From NCBI GenBank assembly GCA_028534125.1, contig CM052817.1, positions 14,448,001 to 14,512,000 of the forward strand: a stretch of 64,000 bases of DNA, given 5' to 3'. Within the stretch, counting starts at the first letter, position 1. Every line of letters begins with the position of its first letter. The notes under the pieces were generated by a model, which saw only the letters and a list, made by a program, of their open reading frames with translations, ran no database searches and was not told where the DNA came from. The DNA comes from Lama glama (taxonomy: Eukaryota). Below are positions 24,971-38,446 of the stretch, piece by piece. The translations under genes were made by a program, and so were the position numbers.

Positions 24971-26433
24971 GTTATCAGTTCACAAGATGTTAGCTAAGGA
25001 TCAACATCTTCATAAGGAGGAAGGATGGAGCAGAGGAAGAAGTCAAATGGTGAAGTAAGCAAACCCAAGGCAGCAAGAAATTCTCAAAAGAACATTGCCA
25101 ATCTGTCCCTCATGAAGCTTAAATGATCTCACATCCATATACCCCCACCCACTGACCTAGGGCATTGGTGTGACCCTGGATAAGGCGATTCTCTGCAGCT
25201 GAGGAGCCTCTGAAGGTGTAGAGAGCTGCAGACTGTCTGCTTATTAAATCCCTCACAGCACAGCATGTGGGCAGGCAGCTGGTAGAGCCTTTCCTTCTCG
25301 CCCGCCACATACTCCCCCAGCCTTCTTTCTCCTTTTCTTACCTTAATGCCTACACTGGGCTTACATAAATTACTCTCCTAAAAGCACTCCTTCATATCTG
25401 TCTCATGCTTTCTACCTTTGTCTATAGTTTCCTTGGTTCCTTGTGAATCCCACTAGCTCCCATCCTTTCAATGACTTACCATCAGTCAATGCCCATCCCA
25501 TTGCCTCGAACAGAGATCTTCTCTTTAACTTATCAATTGCATGTGATCTCCCCCCTCCCCCCAGATTTCTCTGCGCACACTGCCAATAGCACCAATTTTT
25601 AGCATTATTTTTGTTCTTGGTCTCTTCTCTGAACATAAAAGTGTTTTTGCACACACTATGTTAAATTCATTTATAGCTCTTGAAGAATCTGGTATAATAC
25701 CTTAGCACAACAGGACTTCAATAACTAATTTATAAATTGAACATATACACTCACATGAGTATTGTTCACTCAAAGTAGAGAGGGACACAGCATAGGACAC
25801 TGGGAAGGGAAATTTAAAGTGAAACAAAACTGAAGGCTAGTTTCTTGGTTTTCCATTAAAAAAGCCAATTAAAACCTATGAAGTACCAGCTTCAAGGTTC
25901 AAGGTGGGGTTTCATGTCTAAATTCAATCACTCATCCTGGTTCCACTCCAGGGTTCTACAACTAAACGGAGACCAAACACATCAGCTTTTTATCAGCATC
26001 TAAGGTGATCAGAATGCCACCTGAGCCCAAGTGGAATTCCCTACTCTTTCCTCCTTCAATTAAAGACGAACCTGGCTAGTTTCAAGCTAAGATGCTGGAA
26101 CTGAAAATGAGCCAAGAACCTGAGCTGACCTAGCAGGAGAGTGAGGGAGTACATAGAAAGATGGGGAATGTGTATTTCAGTAACACTCCCACCTTCATAG
26201 AAATACAAGGAGAGGGAGGAAAAAGCAGGAGACAGTGTGTGACTTTTAAATAAGGGAAACAGCTTTCTTGTTTGGTTCATGAACTGAACCTCAAGGCAAT
26301 TTCAAGCGAGAAATTTTCCAGAGATTATCAAGCACAGCCCCTTTACCAGAAGAAGTGTATGATTTTAGAGACACTCATTTGGATGTGTGACATATGATGT
26401 GTTTATGTGAAAAACAGCACTGTTACTTTACAG

Positions 26434-26600
26434 CAGTGTTCCTCAAAGTGTGGTCACTGGATCAAGAATATCAGAATCACCTGGGGAATCACTAAAAACC
26501 TTAATTATCAAGGCTAGTCCTACACCTACTAAATTAGAGGCTGAATATTTTAACAGACCTTCTAGGTGATTCTGATGCATTCTAAGGCTGAACACTACTG
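26434..26600. mobile_element. MER5-like hAT-Charlie MITE
   Basis: cagtgttcctcaaagtgtggtc...atcagaatcacctgggg...ggtgattctgatgca...actactg. Confidence 0.8.
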
Positions 26601-28421
26601 CTTAAGGGCCACACATTTTTCTGCAGGATATCCCTGGATTGTATAATTATCTCATCTGTATCTAATGTATTTCAGTAAAGTGGGTTTAAAATGAGGAAGT
26701 ATCATGAATCCTTGTGCGAATCTTTTATTTAAGTATGCAAAGTATTCCTTATATTGGGGAAAAGACGTTAATTATCATCCTGTAGAAACAGCGGTCTATG
26801 GCTGAGGGAGCCTTCTGTTTAGAAAAGTAAAATTCCAGAATAGAACAGGCACGTTGTTTACGCAAGGATGAGCACAGGAGCCATTTGCTGCTGCATTTCT
26901 ACATAAATGCCATTTGTTTATAATATTAATCAACCGACAGCATTAAATATTTCACTTTCTTGGGAACACTAGAGAAAACCACTTCATCAAAGAAAAAAGT
27001 TAAGGACAGAAAGGTTGGAAAATTACACAGAGTACTCAAACTGATGAAATTTCTAAATATTTTAACACGGAGAGATGTATGAGTCAATATGATGGTAGAC
27101 ACTCACAGACATATTTTATCGAGCCACTTAATAGGCAGAGCTTCTACCTAAACCTGGAATATTATTAGATTTCATAAATTCAGGAGATTTTGGGCTGGTA
27201 AAATACTCAAACACATCTCTCTTTATATGGTGACCTAGTTCATCTTTATTTTTTTCCCTTTCATTTTGAAGATATAACCCATCACAAATGCTCTGTATGC
27301 CTAGGGAGTATGTACTAATGGCTCAAAAAATGACGTCTCTTAGATTTCCATTAGAGTTCAGAGTCTGTGTCGGTGTTGTTTGCATAAATAAGCAGATTGC
27401 TATTGCATTTGTGTATTTATTCAAAACTAATTTTATAAATTGATACATGTACATCTACTCAGTCCCATTATAGTGAAACATGATGATTGGACAGAGACAC
27501 ATGGGTAACAGATAGTATATATGGTACTCTGTTATAGTTTAATACTGACTCTGACACTTATTAGTCTTACGACCTCAGTCAGTGTATTTAACCTTTCTGG
27601 GCCTAAAGTTATCATTTCTCATGAAAATTTTAAAGGTATAAAATATAGGATTATTATGAGTACATCAGATGGTTAATTGCGCTTTATGTGACCCATCTCA
27701 GTGACGCTCTCCCCATAAACAACACAGCCTCACCAAATGCTTGATGTGAGTTTCTTTGAGAACCAGTGAAGGAAAGACTTCTCGTATGTATACTCTCTGG
27801 GCAAAGGACAGAACCAGCTGTGTAAGGACAGAGAGAAGCATGAGGATGTCTATGGCAGAACATCCTAAAAAGTGTAGGGAAATTTTATCTGCTGCCACAG
27901 ACTACATGTGTTATGTTGAAATCAAGTTTAACCAAATTTCTGAGGTGGCTGGGAGGTGCTGACTGCCTTCTTGGTTACAGACCATGAATAATTTGCAGGC
28001 TTTGTCTTCCTGGGTATTAATACCAAATACTAGTTCCTTACCATATTGTTGCAGCCAAGGTTGAGAGTAACTGAGTCAGAGCTAGAGCACTCTATCTTGT
28101 CTAAGCTAAGAACTTGTACCAGAGCCCAGGACAGGGCTCCAGGCAGGAGCACGCCAAGGGTTCCAGCTGTGAGGGAGGCTGTACAGGCTGGAGATGAGAA
28201 GTGGACATTCCCATGCCAGGTAGACACTGTCCAGTGTTGAATCTAATAACTCTCGTCCAGGACTCAAGCAGTTCCAACACATCTTTCCTTTCAATAACCA
28301 AATGCTTCCTGGCCTCAAGTTCAGAAACCCAGCACAGCTATATCTGGCAGCGGTCATACCAAAAGTAAATGAGCTCTGATGAATGTGGGATGTAGGAAGG
28401 TCATATAGCTCAGAAGAATGC

Positions 28422-28454
<33 letters not shown>

Positions 28455-28455
28455 G
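28422..28455. repeat. (GAAAA)n A-rich simple repeat
   Basis: Directly visible. Confidence 0.9.
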
Positions 28456-28989
28456 ATACCTCTTTAGTTCCTTTTGAGCAGTAATCACATCAGTCCTAAA
28501 GTATATATTTTCCCAGAGAAAATTATTGGTCTTTTTCAAACTGGGAACATCTGATATTCATATAAGGGAACATTTGTCAACTTAAGACTTCTGTACTTTT
28601 AAATATAACACAAATACATAAATATTTATATATATAAGTATATAGATGTAGACACACATACATGTACAAGTAGGTAATCATTATTCCATTTTACTCCACA
28701 GCACAGATTTGAAACCAAAGCTAATCACAATGGTAAGTAAATTGACCCAAAGTGTACGTGGAAGTAATGGACAAATTGTTTGACAGATAAAAGCTGTTAT
28801 CTTTTCACTGATGTTTTGCCACTACTATGACTATTCAGACTTAAAGCAAAAAAGAAAAAAAAGCAAATAAGTCACAAAACGCATTTAAAATCATCTTACA
28901 CATTTTAACTCAATGATGGACTTTAAACAAGAAACATTATCCATATAAAAGGAAGAAACTGTATGATATTATGACTATGGGTAACTTTA

Positions 28990-30400
28990 TACAATCATTT
29001 CAGGTCTTTTACTAAGAAATATGTTATTCATCAGCCATTATAAGAACCAATAAAGCATCACAAGTAGAGAACGACAAAGAGTCAAAACACAAATGAAATA
29101 CTGAGGTAAACATGTGCATCTAGATGACAATGGGTTAATTACATCATTATTTAAAGAACTCTTTAATATGAAGAAGGCTAGTGACTCATAGCAAAACCAG
29201 TAAAGAACAAGAGTAACAAACTCACAAGATTGTAATAATTTATTAACAGATAAGACATAATAGTAGAACTGTAAATGAAAGTCATAATAAAGTATCACTT
29301 TTCTCTTACTGACAAAGATCAAAAAGTGTCAGCCAGCACATAGGGAAAATAAGCCCTCCGCTACACGGCTAAGGAGGGCGTGTAAATGGCTGGGAAACTC
29401 ATCAATTTCATCAAAATTAATATGCACATCAAGTTTGACCCAGGAATTCCACTTCTAGAAAGTCACCCTTCATGTATATATACAAACATGCACAAATACA
29501 TTTAAAATAATATCCTGTCTGGCAGTATTAAAATTAAAATGACCAACCAGAAAATAACCTGAATGTTCAACAATAGTAGACTGATTGCAGACCACAGTGC
29601 AACTACATACTATGTAGACATCAAGGAAAACGGTATGCTGAAATGGAATGCTCTTGAAGTTAAATAAATACTAAAGTGATGTGTGTAATATACTAAAATC
29701 TGTATTAAATTTTTATAATATCAGTGCATAACATTGATACTTATATACACATCATGTACGTCTCATATGATTCAGACAGATGTGGTATTCTTGAAAAAAT
29801 ATATAAATACAATCTAATCTTGAGAAACATCAGATGAACTCAAATTGAAAGACATTCTCTAAAATAACTGACTAGTACTCATCAAAACTAATAACAGAAA
29901 GACTGAGGAATTGTCCCAGATTGGAGGAGACAAGGAGACACAACTAAAAGCAACATGGGATCTTGGATTGTGACCTGATCCCTGAAAAAAATGACATTGG
30001 GGGCAGGGGGTCACTGAAATTTAAATATGTCATTCATTATTACTACTACTATTATTATTCTAATGTTAATTTTTAGTTGTGATAATTGTATCATTTTCCT
30101 GCAAGTTATTAGCATAAGATAAAATTAGTAAAAAATATGCATGAATGTTCTGTATTATATTTTCAACTTTTCAGTAAATCTAAAATTATTTCAAAATAAA
30201 AACTTTAAAAAGACCTCACATGTATTATATATGGTTTTATAAGCAAAGAATATTTCTGGAGACACAATAAACCACTGACAGTGTGGCCTCTGAAAGTGAA
30301 CAGGAGATCTGAGGGTTCGAGGGAAAACAGATACCTCCTTTTCATTGCTTATGTTTTTCTTCTTCCTTTTTTTTTTACCATGAGCATATATCTTTTCAAC
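28990..30400 (+). mobile_element. Ancient L1 remnants (L1ME-like, with an L1MC4-like 3'UTR segment at ~29760-30210)
   Basis: tttgacccaggaattccacttctag; gaaagactgaggaattgtcccagattggaggagac; ttttcaacttttcagtaaatctaaaattatttcaaaataaaa. Confidence 0.65.
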
Positions 30401-32179
30401 AAAATCTGTTAATCAAAAGTAAAAAGAAGCAATGATTAAGTCTATCAATGTTACTTTTTAAATTTTCTTAAATTATTAAAAATCAGCTTTAATAATATCC
30501 ATGTAGTGAAATGTACCTATTCAAATTGAAACTACTGTTATTTTTAGCAACTGTTGATTCTAATTCTCCAACTATGGTCATGAAATCAGGCCATGGGAAT
30601 TCATACCCCAATGAGAAACTGATCCTAGCAGACTTAAGGTTTTCAATTGTCTTCTCAATGTAGAATTTAATACAATCCCGTTATAAACATTTGTTGAACA
30701 AATACATTAATCTAATAACACTCTGTGCATTTTAAATATTTGCCTACTTTTAATCAGCTGGGTTCAATACAGCCAATCTGTGCATTGAGATGTATAAATT
30801 CATACAGCAGAGAAAATCCTACAAAGACAATTTCTGCAATTCAAGAGTTTAGTAGACGGCACATAACAAAGCAGAGACCTTCAATTCACTGCATACTCTT
30901 CCTGCGCTCCTGACGATGTTAAGGACTAAGCTGAATTAAATGGGAAATGCTAGTGGTTTTGTCTTTATTAGCATATGTCATGCTTCAGCTTGCTGCAAAT
31001 GTGGTTAATCTGCATTGCACAGTCTTCTCTTAAAAAATATATATTATCATTACCTTTTCCAGAACCAGAAAGACAGAAATGTTTCATCTAGTGATTTATA
31101 GGCTTTTGCCAGTATTGTCCTCCAGCAATTGATTTTCTAAAAAATAAGGTGTCAAGAGGTGTTTTGTTTTGTGCATAAGACAAAACCTGAGAGTGTTTTC
31201 ATATTTGGGTCACTTGTTGGCTGGGGCTGAAATATTACTTAATAATAGAGGAACAAATGAAGACAAGGAGGGAAGGACAATACCAACTCGAGTCGCTCTA
31301 GTCAATTATCTATTTTCCCCAGCAATCACTCGGAGAACATGCTTTATCATCTTGAGAAATAAAATCTTGCTAGCTCTCTCCATCGCATAAGGACCTCTAA
31401 AGGCCTATTATAAGCTTTTGCAATATGGGTGCTAGGAAACCACAGAGCTAACAGCATGGATACAATTAAATTTCTTCCCAGTCATGAAGTCATCTGCAAA
31501 AATCAATTTTACTTAAAGTGTTGCCCATGCCTTCCTTTCTCTAGGCGTTTTTTTTTTTATTGTACTGTTTTGGGTATGAAATACAGAATAATTTCTTTTA
31601 TTTTTGTGCATGACATTTATAAAGCAATCAGAAATGGATGCTAAAGTGCTTTCAAAGCAGAAAAGCTCATTTGACAAATTCTGAAAATGTGTTCTTGCTA
31701 ATATGCCCATCTCAAATGTTAAAAACGGAGTTTGCATTCACTCTAGAAGATCACTGGGGCCAAAGGTGTATTTGCACTTGCAATATGTTATAATCTAGTG
31801 ACGTGTGGTTTATCAAAAAAATAAGATGTAATTTCCTATTAACTCTATGTGAAGAGTTCTCTTTCTGTACACATTTTTTTCTCCTGTCTGCTGCAAATAT
31901 TTTAATGGAGTATCAATTTTGGGATTCCTTTCCCTAGCCGGTTGGGAATAAGTTGCTATTTTGATGACTTCAGATAGAATGTTTCAGCTGTACACTGTCA
32001 ATTCCAGGTGAGGAGTAGGTATGGAACAATCTGCCTCTTCTATTCTAAGATCTTTTGTTTTCCTTTGAGCTTGAAGAAACCTTTTGTTTCTTGAGTCCAG
32101 GGCTGTCTAAAACTCCATCCATATTCATGTATTCAAATACCGTCTAGATGCTGATGGCACCCATATTTATAGTTATACA

Positions 32180-32523
32180 CCAAAGGGTTGCTGTAACAAA
32201 GTCCCATGGACTGGGTGGCTTATGAACAACAGAAACTTGTTTCTCACAGTTCTGCCAGCTGGAAGTCTGAGACCAGAGTACCAGCATGGTTGAGTTTTGG
32301 TGAGAGCCTTCTTCTGGATTGCAGATTGCCATCTTGTACTCCCATATGGCAGAAAGAGGCTGAGAGAGCTCTCTAAGGACCCTTTTACAAGGGCACTAAT
32401 CCCATTGATGATGGCTCATGACCTAGTTACCTCCCAAAGACCTCAGCTCCTAATAATATCACACTGGGGATTAGGATTTTAACATATGGATTTTGGAGGG
32501 TTACAAACATTTGGTCCATTACA
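32180..32523 (-). mobile_element. MaLR solo LTR (MLT1A-like)
   Basis: gctgtaacaaagtcccatggactgggtggcttatgaacaacagaaac...cacctccc-like...ggtccattaca. Confidence 0.85.
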
Positions 32524-32659
32524 CATACCTGACCACACTTAATCCTGGGTTCTATGGTCCATAAGGGCTATGTCTCCAGGGCCAAACACCATGTCTACTA
32601 CATAGCTTGTGCAAACATATGTAGAATAAATGAGTTAATCTTCACAACAAGTCTGTGAG

Positions 32660-33301
32660 TACCTGGAGTTCGGCCAACTATGAGGTTACGGATACAATTT
32701 TCCAGGCTGCCAAGTCTGCCCAAGACTTCTGACCCCAACTCTACCCAAACACATGAAACAAACCTCATTTCTGACACCAACTGCAAGTTTAGGAGTTTCC
32801 CAAAATCAACCTCAAGTTTGATGACTGCCTAGAAAGCCTCACAGAACTCACTGGAAGCTATTAGACTCACAGATATGATTTATTACAGAAAAAAGGTTAC
32901 AAATTAGAACCAGCCAAAGGATGAGATGCACAGGGTGGGATCTAGGAGGGTCTCCAATGTGAAGCTCCCATTGTCTTCAGGATGCCTCACCCTCCTAACA
33001 TGCATGCTTGACAATATGCATGGAGTACTGCCAATCTGGGGAGATCGCCTGAGCTTCAGGGTCCAGAATTTTTATTTGGGCATCATTACGTAAGTGTGAT
33101 TGATTGATATACCATGTGGTCCAAGGGGTTTATCCTGAGTCACTTTCTTAACATGAACTATCAGGTATGATTCAAGGGGTCCTTCATGAATAGCAAAAAC
33201 ATTCTTATTACTTGAGAAATTCCAAAGGTTCAGAAGTTGCCTCCCAGAGCCAGACACAAGAGCCAGACCTCTCCTTGAGCAAGGAAAAACTCTTTACTGT
33301 A
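32660..33301 (-). mobile_element. MER21-type ERVL LTR
   Basis: acttctgacaccaactgcaag, ctcacagaactcactggaagc, tcatgaatagcaaaaacattcttattacttgagaaattccaaagg. Confidence 0.8.
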
Positions 33302-33429
33302 AGTGAGCATATTCTGTTTTATAGATGAAATAAAAACATCATACACGATAGTTTGGACAACTAGGGTTGGGACACAGGACTATTTGTTTCTAAGGTCCAA
33401 CTTCTATCTAAAATAGAAATTTTCTCCCC

Positions 33430-34372
33430 ATCTTGGTTGCCAGCTTTGATCTTGGTTAATGACCCCTCCATTTTCCTAATTCCTCAATGTAGAAATGTGT
33501 TATCCTCCACTTCTACCTCTACCTCACAATCCAAATAACCACCAAGTCACATCAATTCTATTTGCTTCAGAAATATCTCTCAAATCTGGCTCCTTCTCAT
33601 CACTTTTTACTGGTAATATGTTAGTTCCAGCTTCATCATTTCTAACTTAAAACCATGCCATGTTGCTTTATCTAGCCTTCTGTCTGCATTATCCACCCAC
33701 ACTCATTATTTCTACATCAGATTGATGTAGCAAAAAACCAGAGGTATTTTCACATCCCTATTCTTCTTTAAAATGTGCATTGGATCCCTGATACTTATTC
33801 ATAAAATTCAAACTCCTTAGTATGACTTACTTGGCCTGGAACAATCTAAGCCCAAATTATATTCCAACCTCCTCTCCTAACAGTCTGTTGCATTTATCCT
33901 CTGGTCCTGATCCTATATACTTTAATCATCCCACGAACATAATAATATCTATCATGATTCCGCATTTCATCATTAGTTTCTGCAAGAATTGTCCTTGTCT
34001 CCCTCTTCACCTGTCATAATTCTTTTAATTAAAACCTAGCTCAAATGTTACCTGAACAGTGATGCTTTCATTCACTTCTCCAGGCAGAATTATGCGCTCC
34101 CTTTCAGAGCTGCCACCATCTACTGTTCCTATTTCAGGAACAGTGCCCCACATACTGTATTTTAATTTATTGATTTGTATGTCTCTTCAATTACACTATA
34201 TATACATTATGATGGCAGGAACTCTGTCTAGTATATGATTAGAGAACTCCTTACACTTAGTAGGAGATCATAATATAGTTTCTGAAGGAATATAAGCCCT
34301 TTGGATGAGGCACTGTGTCTTAGTTTTCATTGTATCTGCCATGGCTAAGACATCCTAAGTGCTAAATAAATC
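33430..34372 (+). mobile_element. L2 3' region
   Basis: caccaagtcacatcaattct, ataaaattcaaactccttag, aaacctagctcaaatgttacct, gtgctaaataaa. Confidence 0.7.
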
Positions 34373-34394
34373 CTTGTTTAAAAATTAAACCTAA

Positions 34395-36292
34395 TGGTGT
34401 TTCCAGTCAAGATGGCGGAGTGGTAGGACCATGAGCTCGCCTCTCCTTGCAACTACAAAGAAACTACAACTGAATGCTAAACAACCATCAAAAGAAAAAG
34501 ACTGGAACCTAGCAAAAAAGATCTTCTGCAACAGGAAACATAAAGAGGGAGCCACAGCAGGATGGTGGGAGGGGCTTGCTTGTGATAATAATTGGGCCTC
34601 ATACCCCTTGGGTGGGCGAACCACAAGCTGAAGATTCGTTAAGTTGAAGAGGCCCTCTCACAGGAGTGAGAGCTCTCAGCCACACGTGGGGCTCCCCAGC
34701 TTGGTTCTGGCATTGGGAAGAGAAGGAGACCCCAGGTTTTGAAGGCCAGGGGGCTTGGCTCTGGGAGCCCCATGGGAATGGGGGAAACAGAGACTCCATT
34801 CACTTGGGAAGCTTACACAGAAACTCACGTGCAACAGGTCCAAGGGCAGAGGCAGTGATTTCATAGAAACCTGGGCTAGATCTGCCTGCTGGATTTGGAG
34901 GGTCTCCTGGGGACGTGGGGGATGGCTGCAGCTCACTCAGGGGGCATAAAAGCTGGTGGCGGACATTCCGGGAGTGTTCACCTACATGAGCTTTCCTGGA
35001 GGCTGACATCTTGATTGGATCATTAGTACCAAGACCTAGCCCCACCCAACAGCCTGTAGGGAAGCCTCAGGCCAAACAACATAGTGTGTGGGAACACAGC
35101 CACAGCCATCATCAGACTTGCTAAGCCACAAAGGCCTCTAGTCACAGCCTTACCCACTAGAGGTCCAGGATCAAGCTTCACCCAGCAGTGGGCAGGCATC
35201 GGCTCCTCCTGCCAGGAAACCTGCATAAGCCTCTAGTCCAGCCTCACTCACCAGGGGCAGATAATAGAAATAAGAAAACAATAATCCCAAAGCCTGTGGA
35301 AAGAATCCACAAACACATAGAAAGGCAGATGATATGAGGCAGCAAAGGAATATCTCCCAGGCCAAGGCATGAGGTAAAATCCCAGGAGAAATAAGTGATG
35401 AGGAGATAGGCAATTTATCTGAGAAAGATTTTAAAGTAACGATGGCCAAGATGTTCAGAGAATTCAAGAAGAGTGTAGATGGACAGAGTGAAGTTTTTAG
35501 CAAAGGACTGGAAAATATAAAGAATACTCGAACAGAGCTGAAGAATAAAATCACTGAAATGAACAATACATTAGAAGGAACCAAGAATAGACTAAATGAG
35601 GCAGAAGAACGGATCAGTGAGCTAGAAGACAGATTAGTGGAAACCACTACTTTAGAACAGAAAAAAAGAAAAAAGAATAAAAAGAAATGTGGATAGTTAA
35701 AGAGAACTCTTGGAAAACATGAAACACACTAATATTTGTATTATAGGGGTCCCAGAAAGAGAAGAGAGGGAGATAAGATCTGAGAACATTTTTGTAGAGA
35801 TAATGACTGAAAACTTCCCCAACTTGGCAAAGGAAACAGTCACTCAAGTCCAGGAAGCAAGGAGAGTACCACACAGAATCAATCCAAAGAGGAACACACC
35901 AAGGCACACAGTCATCACATTGACAACAATTAAGGATAAGGAGAAAATATTAAAATTAGCAAGAGGAAAGCAACAAATGACATACAAGGGAACTCCCATA
36001 AGGTTATCAGCTGATTTTTCAGAAGAAATTCTACAGGCCAGAAGGGAGTGGCACGATATATTTAAAGTGATACAAGGGGGAAACCTACAACCCAGAATAT
36101 TCTATCCAGCAAGGCTCTCATTCAGACTTGATGGAGAAATCAAAAGCTTCACAGATAAACAAAAGCTAAAGGATTTCAGCACCACCAAACCAGCTTTACA
36201 ACAAACGTTAAAGGACCTTCTCTAGTCATCAAACCATAAAAAGAGAGAACAAAAAGAAAAAAGAGAAAAACAAAAAAAAAGAGAGACCTACA
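34395..36292 (+). mobile_element. L1 5'UTR + ORF1 + A-rich spacer (5' part of a TSD-bounded composite ending ~37929)
   Basis: Starts with the YY1 motif aagatggcgg (34409-34418); GC-richer 5'UTR followed by ORF1; aaaaattaaacctaa at 34380-34394 recurs at 37930-37944. Confidence 0.92.
35334..36225 (+). pseudogene. Disabled L1 ORF1p (coiled coil, RRM, CTD)
   Basis: ATG 35334 (MRQQRNISQAKA*), in-frame TGA at 35370-35372; coiled coil LNEAEERISELEDR; frameshift near the A-run at ~35660-35700; NICIIGVPE, RNTPRH, PIRLSADFS, ARREW, YPARLSF motifs; ends KDLL*. Confidence 0.93.
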
Positions 36293-36570
36293 TAAGATTG
36301 CTTTGGCTGTTTGGGGTCTTTTGTGGTTCCTTATAAATTTTGGAATTGTTCGCTCTAGTTCTGTAAGGAATGTCACAAATATTTTGATGGGGGTTGCGCT
36401 GGATCTGTGGATTGCTTTGGGTAGTGTGGTCATTTTGATAGTGTTGATTCTTCCAATCCAAGAGCACAAGAAATCTTTCCATTTCTTTGTGTCATTTGTG
36501 TCTTCAGAGCATAGGTAACCTCCTCAGTTAAGTTTATTTCTAGGTATTTTGTTATTTTTTTGCTGTAATG
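36293..36570 (-). mobile_element. Antisense L1 ORF2 fragment (post-RT-core region)
   Basis: KYLEINLTEEV and CSWIGRINTIKMTTLPKAIHR..PIKI..ELERTIPKFIRNHKRPQTAKAIL. Confidence 0.9.
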
Positions 36571-36632
36571 GAAATGTCTCTGCCAGTTATAAAATTCTGG
36601 TTTTTGAAGTGGAAAAAAAAGTGAATAAAGGG

Positions 36633-36677
36633 CTGCAAATGGCAAAATAGCCTTCTTTTTTATGGGTGAGTTGTATT

Positions 36678-36723
<46 letters not shown>

Positions 36724-36828
36724 TCTATCTTCATTGTCTATTCAACTACTGAAGGGCACTTAGGATGCTTCCATATCTTGGCAATTATAAATAATGTTGC
36801 TGTTAATAGCAGGGTGTATGTATCTTTT
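36633..36828 (-). mobile_element. Antisense L1 ORF2 C-terminal fragment containing (TA)n at 36680-36720
   Basis: YMEYNSPIKKKAILPFAA peptide; tgcttccatatcttggcaattataaataatgttgc. Confidence 0.85.
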
Positions 36829-37328
36829 NNNNNNNNNNNNNNNNNNNNNNNNNNNNNNNNNNNNNNNNNNNNNNNNNNNNNNNNNNNNNNNNNNNNNNNN
36901 NNNNNNNNNNNNNNNNNNNNNNNNNNNNNNNNNNNNNNNNNNNNNNNNNNNNNNNNNNNNNNNNNNNNNNNNNNNNNNNNNNNNNNNNNNNNNNNNNNNN
37001 NNNNNNNNNNNNNNNNNNNNNNNNNNNNNNNNNNNNNNNNNNNNNNNNNNNNNNNNNNNNNNNNNNNNNNNNNNNNNNNNNNNNNNNNNNNNNNNNNNNN
37101 NNNNNNNNNNNNNNNNNNNNNNNNNNNNNNNNNNNNNNNNNNNNNNNNNNNNNNNNNNNNNNNNNNNNNNNNNNNNNNNNNNNNNNNNNNNNNNNNNNNN
37201 NNNNNNNNNNNNNNNNNNNNNNNNNNNNNNNNNNNNNNNNNNNNNNNNNNNNNNNNNNNNNNNNNNNNNNNNNNNNNNNNNNNNNNNNNNNNNNNNNNNN
37301 NNNNNNNNNNNNNNNNNNNNNNNNNNNN
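36829..37328. other. Assembly gap (500 N)
   Basis: Run of N; the round length suggests a placeholder size. Confidence 0.99.
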
Positions 37329-37419
37329 TATGTAAGTTTAAAGGCTAAAGCTCTAAAAATTCTTAGAAACAATGAATAGTGCATATATGTAAATTTAAAA
37401 ATATATGTGCAGCAAAAAA

Positions 37420-37929
37420 AAAAAGATCTATCAAGCCATGAAAGACATGGAAGAAACTTAAAAGATATATTACTAAATGAAAGAAGCCAGTCTGAAAAGG
37501 CTACAAACTGTACGATTCCAAACAAATGACAGTATGGAAAAGGCACAGCTACAGAAACAATAAAAAGATCATGGTTTCCAAGGGTTTGGGGAGAGGGAGG
37601 GAGGAATGAATAGATGGAGCACAAGGGATTTTTAAGGCAATGAAATTATTCTCTATGATACTACAGTGGTGGCTACATGTCATTATGCATTTGTCAAAAC
37701 CCACAGAATGTACAATGTCAAGAGTGAACCTTAATGTAAACTACGGACTTTGGTTGATAATGTGCCCATGTTGGTTCATTGATTGTACCAAATATGTCGC
37801 AATGATGAGGGATGTTGAAGGTAGAGGAGTATATATGTGTGGGTGGGGAGGGCTATGTGTGAACTCTATGTATTTTCTGCTCAATTCTGCTCTGAACCTG
37901 AAATTGCTCTAAAAGAATAAAGTCATTAA
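37420..37929 (+). mobile_element. L1MC-like 3'UTR with poly-A signal
   Basis: ctatcaagccatgaaagacatggaagaaactt, gaaagaagccagtctgaaaaggctaca, aaattgctctaaaagaataaagtc. Confidence 0.85.
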
Positions 37930-38446
37930 AAAAATTAAACCTAAAGAAGAAATAACAAATGAATGAGTGAGGGGATGAATATTCAGTCTCAGAAAACCAT
38001 CAAACTTGGCATTGAATTACTCAGGTCACTGAGTTTAATAGTCTTAATTCTAGTATTTAGGGTAAATGATAAAAGTAGCTATCTTAAAGCAAATGCAGGC
38101 TTGTAAAATTAGTGAAACCCCCTGGAGATAATTCCATGAGTTTTAGTAAAATCATATTTAATTAATTTCAATGTGTAAATATTGATGTAGGCTATATAAT
38201 ATACCCAGAACCTCTTCTTAGGAACTCAGTAGTTTCCAAAGATAAAATGTACACAGCACCCTCCCTTTAGAACACTCAGAGTACAATGGTGACAGCACAG
38301 TTAGAGACCATATAATGTGCAGTTATACCGCATGTTCACAACAATGTCAGAACTCAGAGTGTAGTAATTGAATCTATTTTGAAGGTCAAATCTGGTTTTT
38401 TGGCTAACACACGCCTTAGAGAGGATCAAGAAGACAAAGGTAATTC

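Noticed and set aside
35171..35647. 158-aa antisense ORF
   Set aside because: Mirror frame of L1 ORF1 and the 5'UTR; a common by-product
36778..37624. Long ORFs of 184-273 aa in the ORF track
   Set aside because: Artefacts of translating through the 500-N gap
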